Shown piece by piece: positions 16,651-24,993 of a stretch of DNA of 25,449 nucleotides. The stretch comes from Candidatus Methylomirabilia bacterium (GTDB lineage: Bacteria > Methylomirabilota > Methylomirabilia > Rokubacteriales > CSP1-6), in the NCBI GenBank assembly GCA_041492755.1, contig JBGPXN010000062.1, forward strand, positions 1-25,449, given 5' to 3'. The notes under the pieces were generated by a model, which had not been told where the DNA came from, made no database searches, and worked only from the letters and a program-made list of their open reading frames with translations. The translations under genes were made by a program, and so were the position numbers. How positions within the stretch are numbered: position 1 is the first letter of the stretch; each line of letters starts with the position of its first letter.

Positions 16651-17064
16651 ATGGAACACGCTCACCCGACCCGTACCGACATCGAGCCGATCGACGTGGC
16701 CGCCCGCCTGCGGGCGATCAAGAGCCGGCTCCCAGGTCAGATGCTGCAGGAGCGCATCGACACCGCCAAGATCCTCCATGGCCCGCTCTACAGCCTCCGC
16801 GAAGTTCGCGCCCGCGTGGGAGCGACGCTGCCGCGCCGGCCCGGTTTCATTCGCGGCGCCGTGCTCGAGCCCATCGAGGCGTACCACCAGAGCATCCCGG
16901 ACGAAGCGTTGCTGAAGTACGACGACGCGGCCCAGAGCGGGCTGTTCTCGCGCTTCATGGTCGCGACGCCCACCTACTACAGCGAGCGACAGGTCGATCC
17001 CTGGATCATCGGCGAGGTCACGGGGACGGAAGAGTGGGCGGTGCTCGCCCAGTGGGACGTGTAG
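16651..17064 (+). CDS. Hypothetical cytoplasmic protein, 137 aa
   Basis: AAGGAGG RBS, GC3-biased codons, globular composition ending DPWIIGEV..WAVLAQWD. Confidence 0.8.
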   Translation: MEHAHPTRTDIEPIDVAARLRAIKSRLPGQMLQERIDTAKILHGPLYSLREVRARVGATLPRRPGFIRGAVLEPIEAYHQSIPDEALLKYDDAAQSGLFSRFMVATPTYYSERQVDPWIIGEVTGTEEWAVLAQWDV

Positions 17065-17349
17065 GCTGCGGCCCGACGTGTAGCGCCACGGTCCGACGTG
17101 TACCGCCGCACTCCGTCGTGTAATCAGTACGACTCGCGCTTGCAGAATCTGCACCCCGGTCGCTTCGGGCGGCCGGGGGATCGTGGCCGTGATCGGTGGG
17201 GTTCTCGCATTCTTCATCGCGGGTGACACGGGCGTGCTGCTGGCCGTGTGGCTGCCACGAACCGTGCGTGGCGGGCAGCTCGGGACGTGGCCGTGTTTGC
17301 GGTTGGCCGGGCGGGCTCTGCGGTGGGCCTCAGCGCGTCTTCGGGTGGC

Positions 17350-17463
17350 CTAGACTTCTTCGGGCTGACCGACCGGGCTCTGCCCGATGGAGGCGTGGCA
17401 CTCCGGGCAGTGCCAGCCGAGGACGACCTCGATCATGGGTTTCTGGCAGTACGTGCATTCCAT
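17350..17463 (-). CDS. 37-aa zinc-ribbon microprotein MECTYCQKPMIEVVLGWHCPECHASIGQSPVGQPEEV
   Basis: Hand translation: CxxC-x12-CxxC, GC3-biased codons. Too short for the ORF track. Confidence 0.6.
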   Translation of the reverse strand: MECTYCQKPMIEVVLGWHCPECHASIGQSPVGQPEEV

Positions 17464-17564
17464 CGCGGTCGTCCATCCTCTCCGGGCCGGCGCTACCGTC
17501 CTTCGCCCATGTTCCCTTCGTCACGTCGCGGCATGTCCATGAGGGCGAAACCCCGGCGGTGGGG

Positions 17565-17794
17565 TCACCCATCGATCAGATCGACGTAGTCGCGCGCGTT
17601 CCGCAGGATGTCTTCCACGTCTTCGGGGCCCATCGCGTTCGCACCGGCTTCGCGGGCACGCCCATGACGAGCCCGCCCGCCTCCACCAGGTCGCCGCGCA
17701 CGATCGCCCCCGGCCAGATCGACGCGCCCGCCCCGATGATCACGTCCCAGATGGCGTGCACGCGCGGGTTCCGGCCGGGGACGGAGCGGCTCAC
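17565..17794 (-). pseudogene. Gamma-carbonic anhydrase/YrdA-PaaY family remnant
   Basis: PRVH..DVIIGAGASIWPGAIVRGD joins directly to LVMGVPAKPVR, then frameshifts to EDVEDILRNARDYV. Central hexapeptide repeats are absent. GTGA overlap with the SBP stop. Confidence 0.75.
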
Positions 17795-19401
17795 GGCGCA
17801 AGCCACACCTTCATGAAGGTGATGTTGTCGTACGCCGTCGACGCGGGCTTGTAGCCACGCACCTTCTTGTCGGTGAAGAACCAGCCTTCCACCCAGCCGA
17901 CGGGGAGGGCGCTCGGCGCGCCGCTCATGAACATCCGCTGGAGATCGTGGTACAGCTTCGCGCGCTTGGCCCGGTCGGTCTCCTTGAGCGCGCGGTCGGC
18001 GAGCTCGTCCAGCTTCGGATCCGACCACTTGCCGTAGTTGCTCCCGCCCTGGGTCGTCCAGATCAGCGAGAAGGGGTCGCCGGGATCCGTGGAATCCATC
18101 GCGCGGTCCTGCGAGGTGAGGAGCGTGAAATCGCCCTTGCCGAACGCCGCGAACCCCGCGGCGCTTTCGTGGGACTTGAGCGTGCCGCGAATCCCGATCC
18201 GGCGCAGCTGGGCCGCCACGAGCTGGGAGCGATCCGAGTAGTTGCCGACCTGGCGGAACGCCATCTCGATGTCGATCCCGTTCGGATGGTGCTTCTTCAC
18301 GAGCTTCTCGGCCTCTGCGATGTCCTGCTCCTTCCCCGCGCCCGTGCGGCAGCCCGGCATCCTCTCGAGCTCCGCGAGCGGCAGGGCGGCCTCGCCCACC
18401 AGCTTCGGATCGAGCATCGCGCACGGCACGCCGGCGCCATCGAGGGCCTTGGTGATCAGCTCCTGGCGGTTCAGCGCCAGGTGCACCGCGCGGCGCATGT
18501 CCGGATTGTCGAACGGGGGCTTGGTGGTGTTCAGGAACACGATCCAGATCGTATTGATGGGCCAGCGGTAGACATCGATCTCGCTGCCGCGCGCGGCCTT
18601 GAGCTCCTCCGAGGGCGCCTTGCCCATCGGCGGCCACGTATCCCAGAGGTGGATGCGCCCGGCCTTCGCGGCAGCGAGCTGCGTCGGCCCGCCCGTGAGG
18701 ATGAATTGCTTCACGCCGTCGAGGTACGGCAGGCCGGGGATGAAGTAGTCCTTGTTCTTTTCCCACTCGATCACGCTGCCGCGCTCGTACTTCTTGAACT
18801 TGAACGGTCCGGTGCCGATCTGGGCTTCGGGCTTGTTGAGGTCGCCGAACTTCTCGAGGACGTGCTTGGCGGCGATCCGGCACCACGCCGACGCCACGGC
18901 GCCGAGGAACGGCTCGGGTGCCGGCGCCTTCAACCGGACCTGGAAGGTGTGGGGATCGACGATCTCGGTGCCCGCGACCAGCGGCTTCAGCGTCGCGCCG
19001 CACTTCGGGCTCTTGAAGTCGGGATTCAACACGCGATCGAACGTCGCCTTGACATCCGCCGAGGTGAACGGCTGGCCGTCGTGCCACTTCACGCCCTTGC
19101 GGAGGTGGAACGTATACGTCTTGCCGTCGGCGGAGACGGTGTAGCGCTCGGCGAGATCCGGCGCGATCTTCGTGGGATCGTCGGGATCCCTGTGGAGCAG
19201 CCCGCTGTAGACGCCCGAGGTGGCCTGCTGCACGACGAGCGGCGACTCCGCGTGGACGTCGAGGCGCGCGGGATCCCCGTAGTCGAACCAGTTCAGGATG
19301 CCGCCATACCGCGGCTTGTCTTGCTGCGCGAACCCGCCGGCCGCGACGCCAGCGATCATGACCATGACGACCGCCACGATGAAGAGCCGATGGTTCCGCA
19401 T
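17791..19401 (-). CDS. ABC transporter substrate-binding protein, family 5 (DppA/OppA-like), 536 aa
   Basis: PRYGGIL, PDLAE..SADGKTYTFHLRKGVKWHDGQPFTSADV, IGTGPFK and PPFDNPDMRRA motifs. RBS GAGGGAG. Confidence 0.95.
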   Translation of the reverse strand: MRNHRLFIVAVVMVMIAGVAAGGFAQQDKPRYGGILNWFDYGDPARLDVHAESPLVVQQATSGVYSGLLHRDPDDPTKIAPDLAERYTVSADGKTYTFHLRKGVKWHDGQPFTSADVKATFDRVLNPDFKSPKCGATLKPLVAGTEIVDPHTFQVRLKAPAPEPFLGAVASAWCRIAAKHVLEKFGDLNKPEAQIGTGPFKFKKYERGSVIEWEKNKDYFIPGLPYLDGVKQFILTGGPTQLAAAKAGRIHLWDTWPPMGKAPSEELKAARGSEIDVYRWPINTIWIVFLNTTKPPFDNPDMRRAVHLALNRQELITKALDGAGVPCAMLDPKLVGEAALPLAELERMPGCRTGAGKEQDIAEAEKLVKKHHPNGIDIEMAFRQVGNYSDRSQLVAAQLRRIGIRGTLKSHESAAGFAAFGKGDFTLLTSQDRAMDSTDPGDPFSLIWTTQGGSNYGKWSDPKLDELADRALKETDRAKRAKLYHDLQRMFMSGAPSALPVGWVEGWFFTDKKVRGYKPASTAYDNITFMKVWLAP

Positions 19402-19412
19402 GATGTCTCCCT

Positions 19413-20261
19413 CTAGCCCAGTCCGCCCCTGAGGCGGGGATCGGCAATGTCCCGAATCGCGTCTCCGAGCAGGTTCAGCGCGAACACCGCGAGGCTGATG
19501 GCGACGCCGGGGAAGAAGATCAGCCAGGGGGCCGTCTCCATCGCCTGCGTGCCCGCCGTGAGCATGCCGCCCCACGACGGCTCATCGGGCGGCGCCCCTA
19601 CACCGAGGAAGCTGAGCGAGGCCTCGACCACGATCGCGTACGAGATGTTCGTGGTAACGAGCACGATATAGGTCGCCAGGCAGTTGGGCAAGATGTGGCG
19701 CAGCACGATCCGCACGTGCGAGGTTCCCGCCGCGCGCGCGGCCTCGACGTACGGGCTCGCCGCGATCCCCAGCGCGACGGACCGCACGGTGCGCGCCGCC
19801 GTCGGCGTGAGCAGGATGGTCAGCGCGAGGATCACGTTGTTGACGGACTGGCCGACCGCGGCCATGAGTGACAGCGCGAGGACGATCGGCGGCAGCGCCA
19901 TCACGCAGTCGATGACGCGCTGGCTCGAGACGTCCGCGATGCCGCCGAGGTAACCCGTGAAGATGCCCCACAGCGAGCCGATCGTGACGCCGACGAGGAC
20001 GGATACCAGGCCCACGTAGAGGGACAGCCGCGCGCCCCACATGACCCGGCTCAGCACGTCGCGCCCCAGGTTGTCCGTCCCCATCGGGAACTCGCGCCCG
20101 GGCGGTACGAACTGGCCGAAGACAGCCTCCTTCGGACCGTGGGGCGCCAGCACGGGGGCGAGCAGTGCCGTGGCCACCAGCACGAGCACGACCGCCGCGC
20201 CCGCGACGCCGAGCGGTTGTCGGGCGAGGAGCCGCCGCGTCTGCGCCGCGACGGCGCTCAT
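19413..20261 (-). CDS. Dpp/Opp ABC permease (DppC/OppC family), 282 aa
   Basis: MGTDNLGRDVLSR, YVEAARAAG..RHILPN and EASLSFLG..PSWG motifs. ATGA overlap. Confidence 0.93.
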   Translation of the reverse strand: MSAVAAQTRRLLARQPLGVAGAAVVLVLVATALLAPVLAPHGPKEAVFGQFVPPGREFPMGTDNLGRDVLSRVMWGARLSLYVGLVSVLVGVTIGSLWGIFTGYLGGIADVSSQRVIDCVMALPPIVLALSLMAAVGQSVNNVILALTILLTPTAARTVRSVALGIAASPYVEAARAAGTSHVRIVLRHILPNCLATYIVLVTTNISYAIVVEASLSFLGVGAPPDEPSWGGMLTAGTQAMETAPWLIFFPGVAISLAVFALNLLGDAIRDIADPRLRGGLG

Positions 20262-21220
20262 GCGAGACGGATCCGCGGATCGAGCCACCCGTAGAGCAGG
20301 TCGACGATCAGGTTCACGGCGAGGAAGATCAGCGCCATCACGAACACGATGGCCTGCACCGTCGGGTAGTCGCGGTAGCTCACCGCCTGCACGAGCGCCG
20401 TCCCCATGCCCGGCACCGCGAAGATGATCTCCATGATTACGATGCCGCCGAGCAGGCGCCCGCCCCACCAGCCGATGAACGTGACCACGGGCAGCAGGGA
20501 GTTGCGGAGCGCGTGGCGGTAGATGACGGCGCGGTCCGAGAGCCCCTTCGCGAACGCGGTGCGGACGTAGTCCTGGCGGACGACCTCGAGCATCTGCGAG
20601 CGCGTGAGCCGCATGATCGGCGCGGAGATGTAGTACGCCTGCGCGAGCGCGGGCCAGATCATCTGCTTCAGGTTCTCCACGGGGTTCTCGGTCAGCGCCG
20701 AATACTCGAGCGGCGGCAGGTAGCGGAAGACGCGGACGAGCAGATACAGGATGAGCACGCCCGTGAAGAAGATGGGCAGGCTCAAGCCGCTGATCGACAA
20801 CACGCGCACACCATAGTCGAGCCACGTGTTTTGCCGCACGGCCGAGATCACGCCGAGCGGGATCGCCCACAGCATCGCGAGCCCCATCGTGAGCACCGCC
20901 AGCTCCATCGAGCGCGGGAACCGCTCGAGCAGGATGTCGCGCACGGGACGCCGCTGGCTGTAGGACTCGCCGAAGTCCAGGCGCACGGCGTTGCCGAGCC
21001 ACGTGACGTACTGCACGAGGACTGGCTTGTCGAGACCGAGCTCCGTGCGGATCTGCTTGATCTGCTTCTCCTGCACGCTGCTCTGCTCCGAGCCGGTCTG
21101 GTAAACGAGAATCTGCGCGATGTCGCCCGGCACCAGGCGCATGAGCACGAAGATCAGCAGCGAAGCGCCGAGAAGAGTCGGAACGAAGAGCAGCAGCCGG
21201 TGGACGACGTAGACCTGCAC
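20258..21220 (-). CDS. Dpp/Opp ABC permease (DppB/OppB family), 320 aa
   Basis: RLVPGD, LGLDKP..QY, DFGES, DYVRTAFAKGL..HALRN and RDYPTVQ motifs. GTG start at 21220. Confidence 0.93.
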   Translation of the reverse strand: MQVYVVHRLLLFVPTLLGASLLIFVLMRLVPGDIAQILVYQTGSEQSSVQEKQIKQIRTELGLDKPVLVQYVTWLGNAVRLDFGESYSQRRPVRDILLERFPRSMELAVLTMGLAMLWAIPLGVISAVRQNTWLDYGVRVLSISGLSLPIFFTGVLILYLLVRVFRYLPPLEYSALTENPVENLKQMIWPALAQAYYISAPIMRLTRSQMLEVVRQDYVRTAFAKGLSDRAVIYRHALRNSLLPVVTFIGWWGGRLLGGIVIMEIIFAVPGMGTALVQAVSYRDYPTVQAIVFVMALIFLAVNLIVDLLYGWLDPRIRLA

Positions 21221-21228
21221 CGCGCAGG

Positions 21229-21234
21229 ATTGTA
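21229..21234 (-). promoter_or_regulatory. -10 element TACAAT, probable (near-)leaderless start of the dppB-like gene
   Basis: TACAAT lies 8 nt upstream of GTG 21220, with no SD. Confidence 0.45.
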
Positions 21235-21261
21235 GCCTAGCCGCCCCGGGCTGCACTCGCG

Positions 21262-21459
21262 GCCCATGCTGCATTCGCCCACCTCCCGGGTCGCGTCGAT
21301 GTCGCCCCGGAACTAGTGGAGCAGGCCCGCGAACGGCAGCGCATTGACGACGGTGCCGACGTGGGCCAGCTCCGTGGCCAGGGCCATCCCGGCGCGGCTG
21401 CGCTCGACCGCGGACCGCGGGTACCCGAGGAACCAGAGCGCCAGCCCCGAGTGCGTCCG
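21262..21459 (-). pseudogene. Internal fragment of the TPR-like region of an adenylate cyclase/AAA-ATPase fusion protein
   Basis: LALWFLGYPRSAVERSRAGMALATELAH..FAGLLH*FRGD, with in-frame TAG at 21313-21315 and no start. Confidence 0.55.
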
Positions 21460-21729
21460 GCCACCGCCCTTGAGGTGGAAGGCGCGCTCGTCAGCGAAGC
21501 CGACGGCGCCAAGCGCGCCATCGAGTCGGCCGGGCGGGTCGCGTGTGACGTCGTGCTCACGGACATCACCATGGGACACGCCCGCCGCGACGGCCTGTGG
21601 CTCTTGGATCGGTTTCGCGCGCTGACCGCGCGCGGCTTTGACCGTGTCCTCATCAAGCCGATCGGCCGCCCGTCGTTTCGCCAGACACACGGTCAGTCGG
21701 GTCGGCGCGGGGTCCCAATCAGTGCGTGA
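21460..21729 (+). pseudogene. Receiver-domain (response regulator) remnant
   Basis: ALEVEGALV..CDVVLTDITMG..DGLWLL joins to GFDRVLIKPI. The N-terminal acidic pair and the beta4 region are missing. Confidence 0.6.
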
Positions 21730-21737
21730 GGAGGACA

Positions 21738-22814
21738 TCAGTATCCTCGCCCCCAACCCACCACGTTCTCGAGCGGCTGGTCATTCAGGTAGCGGCGGAG
21801 GTTGTCACAAAAAAGATCCACGCCCCGGTGGAGGTTCACGTCCGTCTCGCCCGAGACGTGCGGCGTGATGAACACGCGCGGGTCGTCCCACAAGCGGCGG
21901 TCGGGGTCGCCTTCGAATTCCCCGCGGTAGACGTCGAGCGCGGCCCCACCGATCTGGCCGGTGGCCAGCCCCTCCAGGAGGGCGGTCTCGTCGATGATCT
22001 CTCCCCGGGCCACGTTGATCACCACCGCACCGGGCTTCATCGCGGCGATCGCCGCGCGGTTGATCAGGCCTTCCGTCTCCGCCGTCAACTGGCAGCAGAC
22101 GGCGACGAAGTCGCTCTCGGCGAGCAACGCGTGCAGACCGTCGGAGGATTCCAGCCGGCTGACGCCTTCCGGCAGGGGCTCGCCGGCGGCGACCCGCCGG
22201 CGGGTCCCCACCACGCGCATCCCCACGGCCGCGCACAGCCGCGCCACATCGCGCCCGATCCCTCCCAGGCCGACGACGCAGACCGTCTTGCCGCGGAGCA
22301 ACCTCGGCCGGTAGGCCCGGTGCTCGAACTCGTGCCGCGTCCGGTCCGGAGCCGCGCGCTGAAAGCCCTTGACGAAGTACAGGATCGCCGCGAGCACGTA
22401 CTCGGCCATGGGGAGCGTGTTCCCCAGACCCCGGGACGTCGTCACCGTGACGTCGCTTCCCCAGAGATCGCCGTCGCGCAGGTTGCTCGCCCCCGCCGGG
22501 ATCTGGTGAAACCAACGAAGACGAGGGGCGCGCGAGCGAAGGTCCTTCGGGAACGGGAACGTCCCCAGCGCCACCTCGGCGGTGGCCAGCAGGCGATCCC
22601 GCTCCGCCTGCGGCAGGGCCTCGCGCGGCCCGGGCTTCGCCGGCAGGTATCTGCGGGCCGTGGCTGGTGGCCACGACTCCCGGTATTCCGCCTCGAACAT
22701 GCGGCGCCCATCCACGACGCGGACGGCGACGCCCACTGCGTGCACCTTCTGCATCGCCGCATCCGAGATGGGCGCGATGACCAGGACCTCGACGGAGGAG
22801 CCGTCAGCGATCAT
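21738..22814 (-). CDS. D-2-hydroxyacid dehydrogenase family protein
   Basis: VGLGGIG Rossmann motif, INVARG, GAALDV..E, ITPHVSG. Confidence 0.92.
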   Translation of the reverse strand: MIADGSSVEVLVIAPISDAAMQKVHAVGVAVRVVDGRRMFEAEYRESWPPATARRYLPAKPGPREALPQAERDRLLATAEVALGTFPFPKDLRSRAPRLRWFHQIPAGASNLRDGDLWGSDVTVTTSRGLGNTLPMAEYVLAAILYFVKGFQRAAPDRTRHEFEHRAYRPRLLRGKTVCVVGLGGIGRDVARLCAAVGMRVVGTRRRVAAGEPLPEGVSRLESSDGLHALLAESDFVAVCCQLTAETEGLINRAAIAAMKPGAVVINVARGEIIDETALLEGLATGQIGGAALDVYRGEFEGDPDRRLWDDPRVFITPHVSGETDVNLHRGVDLFCDNLRRYLNDQPLENVVGWGRGY

Positions 22815-22831
22815 CTATCGGCCGCGACGCG

Positions 22832-22913
22832 AATGACCAATGACCGAATCCCAATGAAGGTCGAGGTCCCGATCAATTTGACCAAGCGCGAAGCGCATCC
22901 GGCATTGGTCATT
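22832..22913. repeat. AATGACC heptamer-type inverted repeat element
   Basis: AATGACCAATG (22832-22842) is a perfect inverse of CATTGGTCATT (22903-22913). Degenerate 7-mer units in a locally AT-richer stretch. Confidence 0.6.
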
Positions 22914-22935
22914 TGAGAAAGGCTCGCTGCCGCTC

Positions 22936-23129
22936 TCATTCCCGGACCCGGGGCAAAATATCGTGGGCCATCGCGTCCAAGCCCCCCCGAGGTCCCTTCC
23001 CTCGCGCGCGGCCATGTCGCGCAGGACCGCCAGACGGGCCCGGAAGTCCTCGGGCGTCACGCGGGTTGGGTGCCAGCCGTCCCCGCGCCTGAGCACGCGC
23101 CGGAGGGCCGCGTCGCTCGACCCGCCTAC
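22936..23129 (-). pseudogene. 3' remnant of an LLM-class flavin/F420-dependent oxidoreductase
   Basis: VGGSSDAALRRVLRRGDGWHP..AAREGRD, then deletion/frameshift to LDAMAHDILPRVRE*. The 5' part is absent. Confidence 0.72.
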
Positions 23130-23134
23130 GCTCT

Positions 23135-23299
23135 TCAGCTCTTCCGGGACGTCTTGGGGGTAAAGCCCGTGATCTGGGGGATGACCTTCTTACTGCCGCA
23201 GCTCGGGCACGTGACCTTCGCCTTGGTGCGCTCCGTGATGCTCAGGGTCATCTCGAAGCCCTTCTCACACTTCTCGCACATGTACTCGTACCTGGGCAT
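23135..23299 (-). CDS. FmdB-family zinc-ribbon protein, 54 aa
   Basis: Hand translation MPRYEYMCEKCEKGFE...CPSCGSKKV...KTSRKS with GGAGG RBS. Missed by the ORF track. Confidence 0.9.
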   Translation of the reverse strand: MPRYEYMCEKCEKGFEMTLSITERTKAKVTCPSCGSKKVIPQITGFTPKTSRKS

Positions 23300-23472
23300 C
23301 GGGAGCCTCCTATTAACTACGTCTGACGGCGCTTCAGCGGGCCGCCGCAGCCGGGACAGGTCCCCATCATAGCGGCCTTGGCGTACGTACGCCTCCTCGA
23401 CGGCGTGGAGCGGCCTGGCAGGACGTCATGGAGGCGGTTAGAGCGCGCCTTCCAGCCCGCTGCGGTGGCGAT

Positions 23473-23764
23473 GTCGAGGCCGGCCGCTCGGCCACGGAGT
23501 GCCGTCGCCCCGACGGTGCCGCTGCTGATCCCCAGGCTCTGCGCCACCTCCCGGTGGGTGCGCCCGAGGTTCCACTTCTGTCGCAGGATCTCCCGTGTCT
23601 GGCGCATGGACAGTCGCTCGGTGGCCATCCCTCCCCTTTCGGGGGCGGACGGTCCGGCCGACCGGTCCCGCGTCGCTACGCTGCGGCCATCGCCCTGATC
23701 ACGATCCTCCGATCCCGGTGATCACGATGCCGCTTTTCTTGATCACGATCGCCCGATCTCGGTG
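23473..23764 (-). mobile_element. istA: IS21-family remnant: left-end internal repeats plus first ~52 codons of the transposase
   Basis: MATERLSMRQTREILRQKW..HREVAQSLGIS..RAAGLD HTH (23473-23628). TGATCACGAT repeats at 23696, 23719 and 23740. No DDE domain, istB or TG terminus. Confidence 0.82.
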
Positions 23765-23830
23765 TACTGGGTGAGGGACGATTCCCGCCGACAGGGGAGC
23801 GAACCGATCACCCCCAAAATCGCGAGTGCA

Positions 23831-24190
23831 GTGGTCAATATCCCTCGCGACTGGTACCGTACACCTCCTGGACCAGATTCTTTGAGGGTTGCGTACGCCG
23901 AGGAGCAGGACGTGAAACTATCAGCAAAGTTTGCTCGGCAAGAGACCGAAGAGGCGCGCCAAGCACGGGTTTCGCGCCGGCGTATTCGTCAGGCCCAGGC
24001 CGCTGCAGTCTTGCGCATGCTCGGGCTTCCCGAACCCGTCCACGAGCCTTTGGGTAATTCTCAACAGCAAACGAACGGTGCCGGCGCGCTGGCGTGTCCG
24101 CACTGTCCGCGGCGCTTCGTGCTTCCCATGCACCTCGGTCGTCATCTGCGGACGGTCACCGCGAAACGACCGTGGCCTAAACCCCGATGA
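23831..24190 (+). CDS. Hypothetical protein with C-terminal C2H2-type zinc finger (probable 1-nt frameshift; start uncertain)
   Basis: CPHCPRRFVLPMHLGRHLRTV. The second His lies in the adjacent frame (CAC 24157-24159). Lower-GC segment. Confidence 0.5.
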   Translation: MVNIPRDWYRTPPGPDSLRVAYAEEQDVKLSAKFARQETEEARQARVSRRRIRQAQAAAVLRMLGLPEPVHEPLGNSQQQTNGAGALACPHCPRRFVLPMHLGRHLRTVTAKRPWPKPR

Positions 24191-24338
24191 CTCGCCGTCG
24201 CAGACCGAAGCGGATCGAGCCGCTGATGCCGCTGCGGCACCGGCTCCCTGATGCAACGCTGTAGGCGCGATACCCCAATGGGGTTGAGGCGGCTCACGAG
24301 AGCGAAGCCGTCCAGGACTCAAAAGGAGGGAACCCGCG

Positions 24339-24776
24339 ATGACGGTTGCAGCGATCCTGAAGGTCAAAGGCAGCCACGTGGAGACCACGAGCCCTGAAAC
24401 GACCGTTTACTCGGCTGCCTGGGAATTGAAGGTCAAGAACATTGGGGCGCTGGTCGTCGTGAGCGGGGACGGCGCCACGATCCTCGGGATGATCTCGGAG
24501 CGCGATCTCGTGCGTGGGATCAGCGAGCACGGTGCGCACCTGCAGGCGCTCCCCGTGTCCAAGTTGATGACCACCCCGGTGCTCACCTGCACGCCGGAGG
24601 AGCGTGTCACGGCCGTGATGGTGCGCATGACCCGCCACCGCGTGCGCCACCTGCCGGTCGTCGATGGCGGCAGGCTGTCGGGCATCATCAGCATCGGGGA
24701 CGTTGTCAAGTCCCGGCTGGATGAACTTGAGTTGGAGGCGAATGTCCTGCGCGAGACACTGATCGTGAGCCACTGA
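24339..24776 (+). CDS. CBS-domain pair protein, 145 aa
   Basis: MTVAAILKVKG, IGALVV..GMISERD and RVRHLPVVD..GIISIGDVVK motifs. AAGGAGG RBS. Confidence 0.94.
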   Translation: MTVAAILKVKGSHVETTSPETTVYSAAWELKVKNIGALVVVSGDGATILGMISERDLVRGISEHGAHLQALPVSKLMTTPVLTCTPEERVTAVMVRMTRHRVRHLPVVDGGRLSGIISIGDVVKSRLDELELEANVLRETLIVSH

Positions 24777-24993
24777 TCCGCCCTCGGATGCAGCCGCGTG
24801 CGCGTAACCGACCCGCGCGAGGGGGCTCCTGGCCGTCCGGCTGACGACCTCGACAATCTCTATCCACGCATCGGTGAGCCGAACCAGGCGCAGCAGCTGG
24901 AGTCGGCCGGGAAGACCTCATCCTGGCCGCCCGGGTCGCGGCCGACGCGCCGTTTGAGTTTCCGGCTCTTCTCCTTTCCGAGTGGGTAAGCGG

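Noticed and set aside
17183..17353. 56-codon plus-strand ORF with hydrophobic start (VAVIGGVLAFFIAG...)
   Set aside because: Weak codon bias and no recognisable family; may be another remnant. Not supportable as a gene.
23696..23764. Short direct repeats resembling a mini-CRISPR or iterons
   Set aside because: Period of 21-23 bp with no unique spacers and no cas or rep genes. Position upstream of istA fits IS21 terminal repeats.
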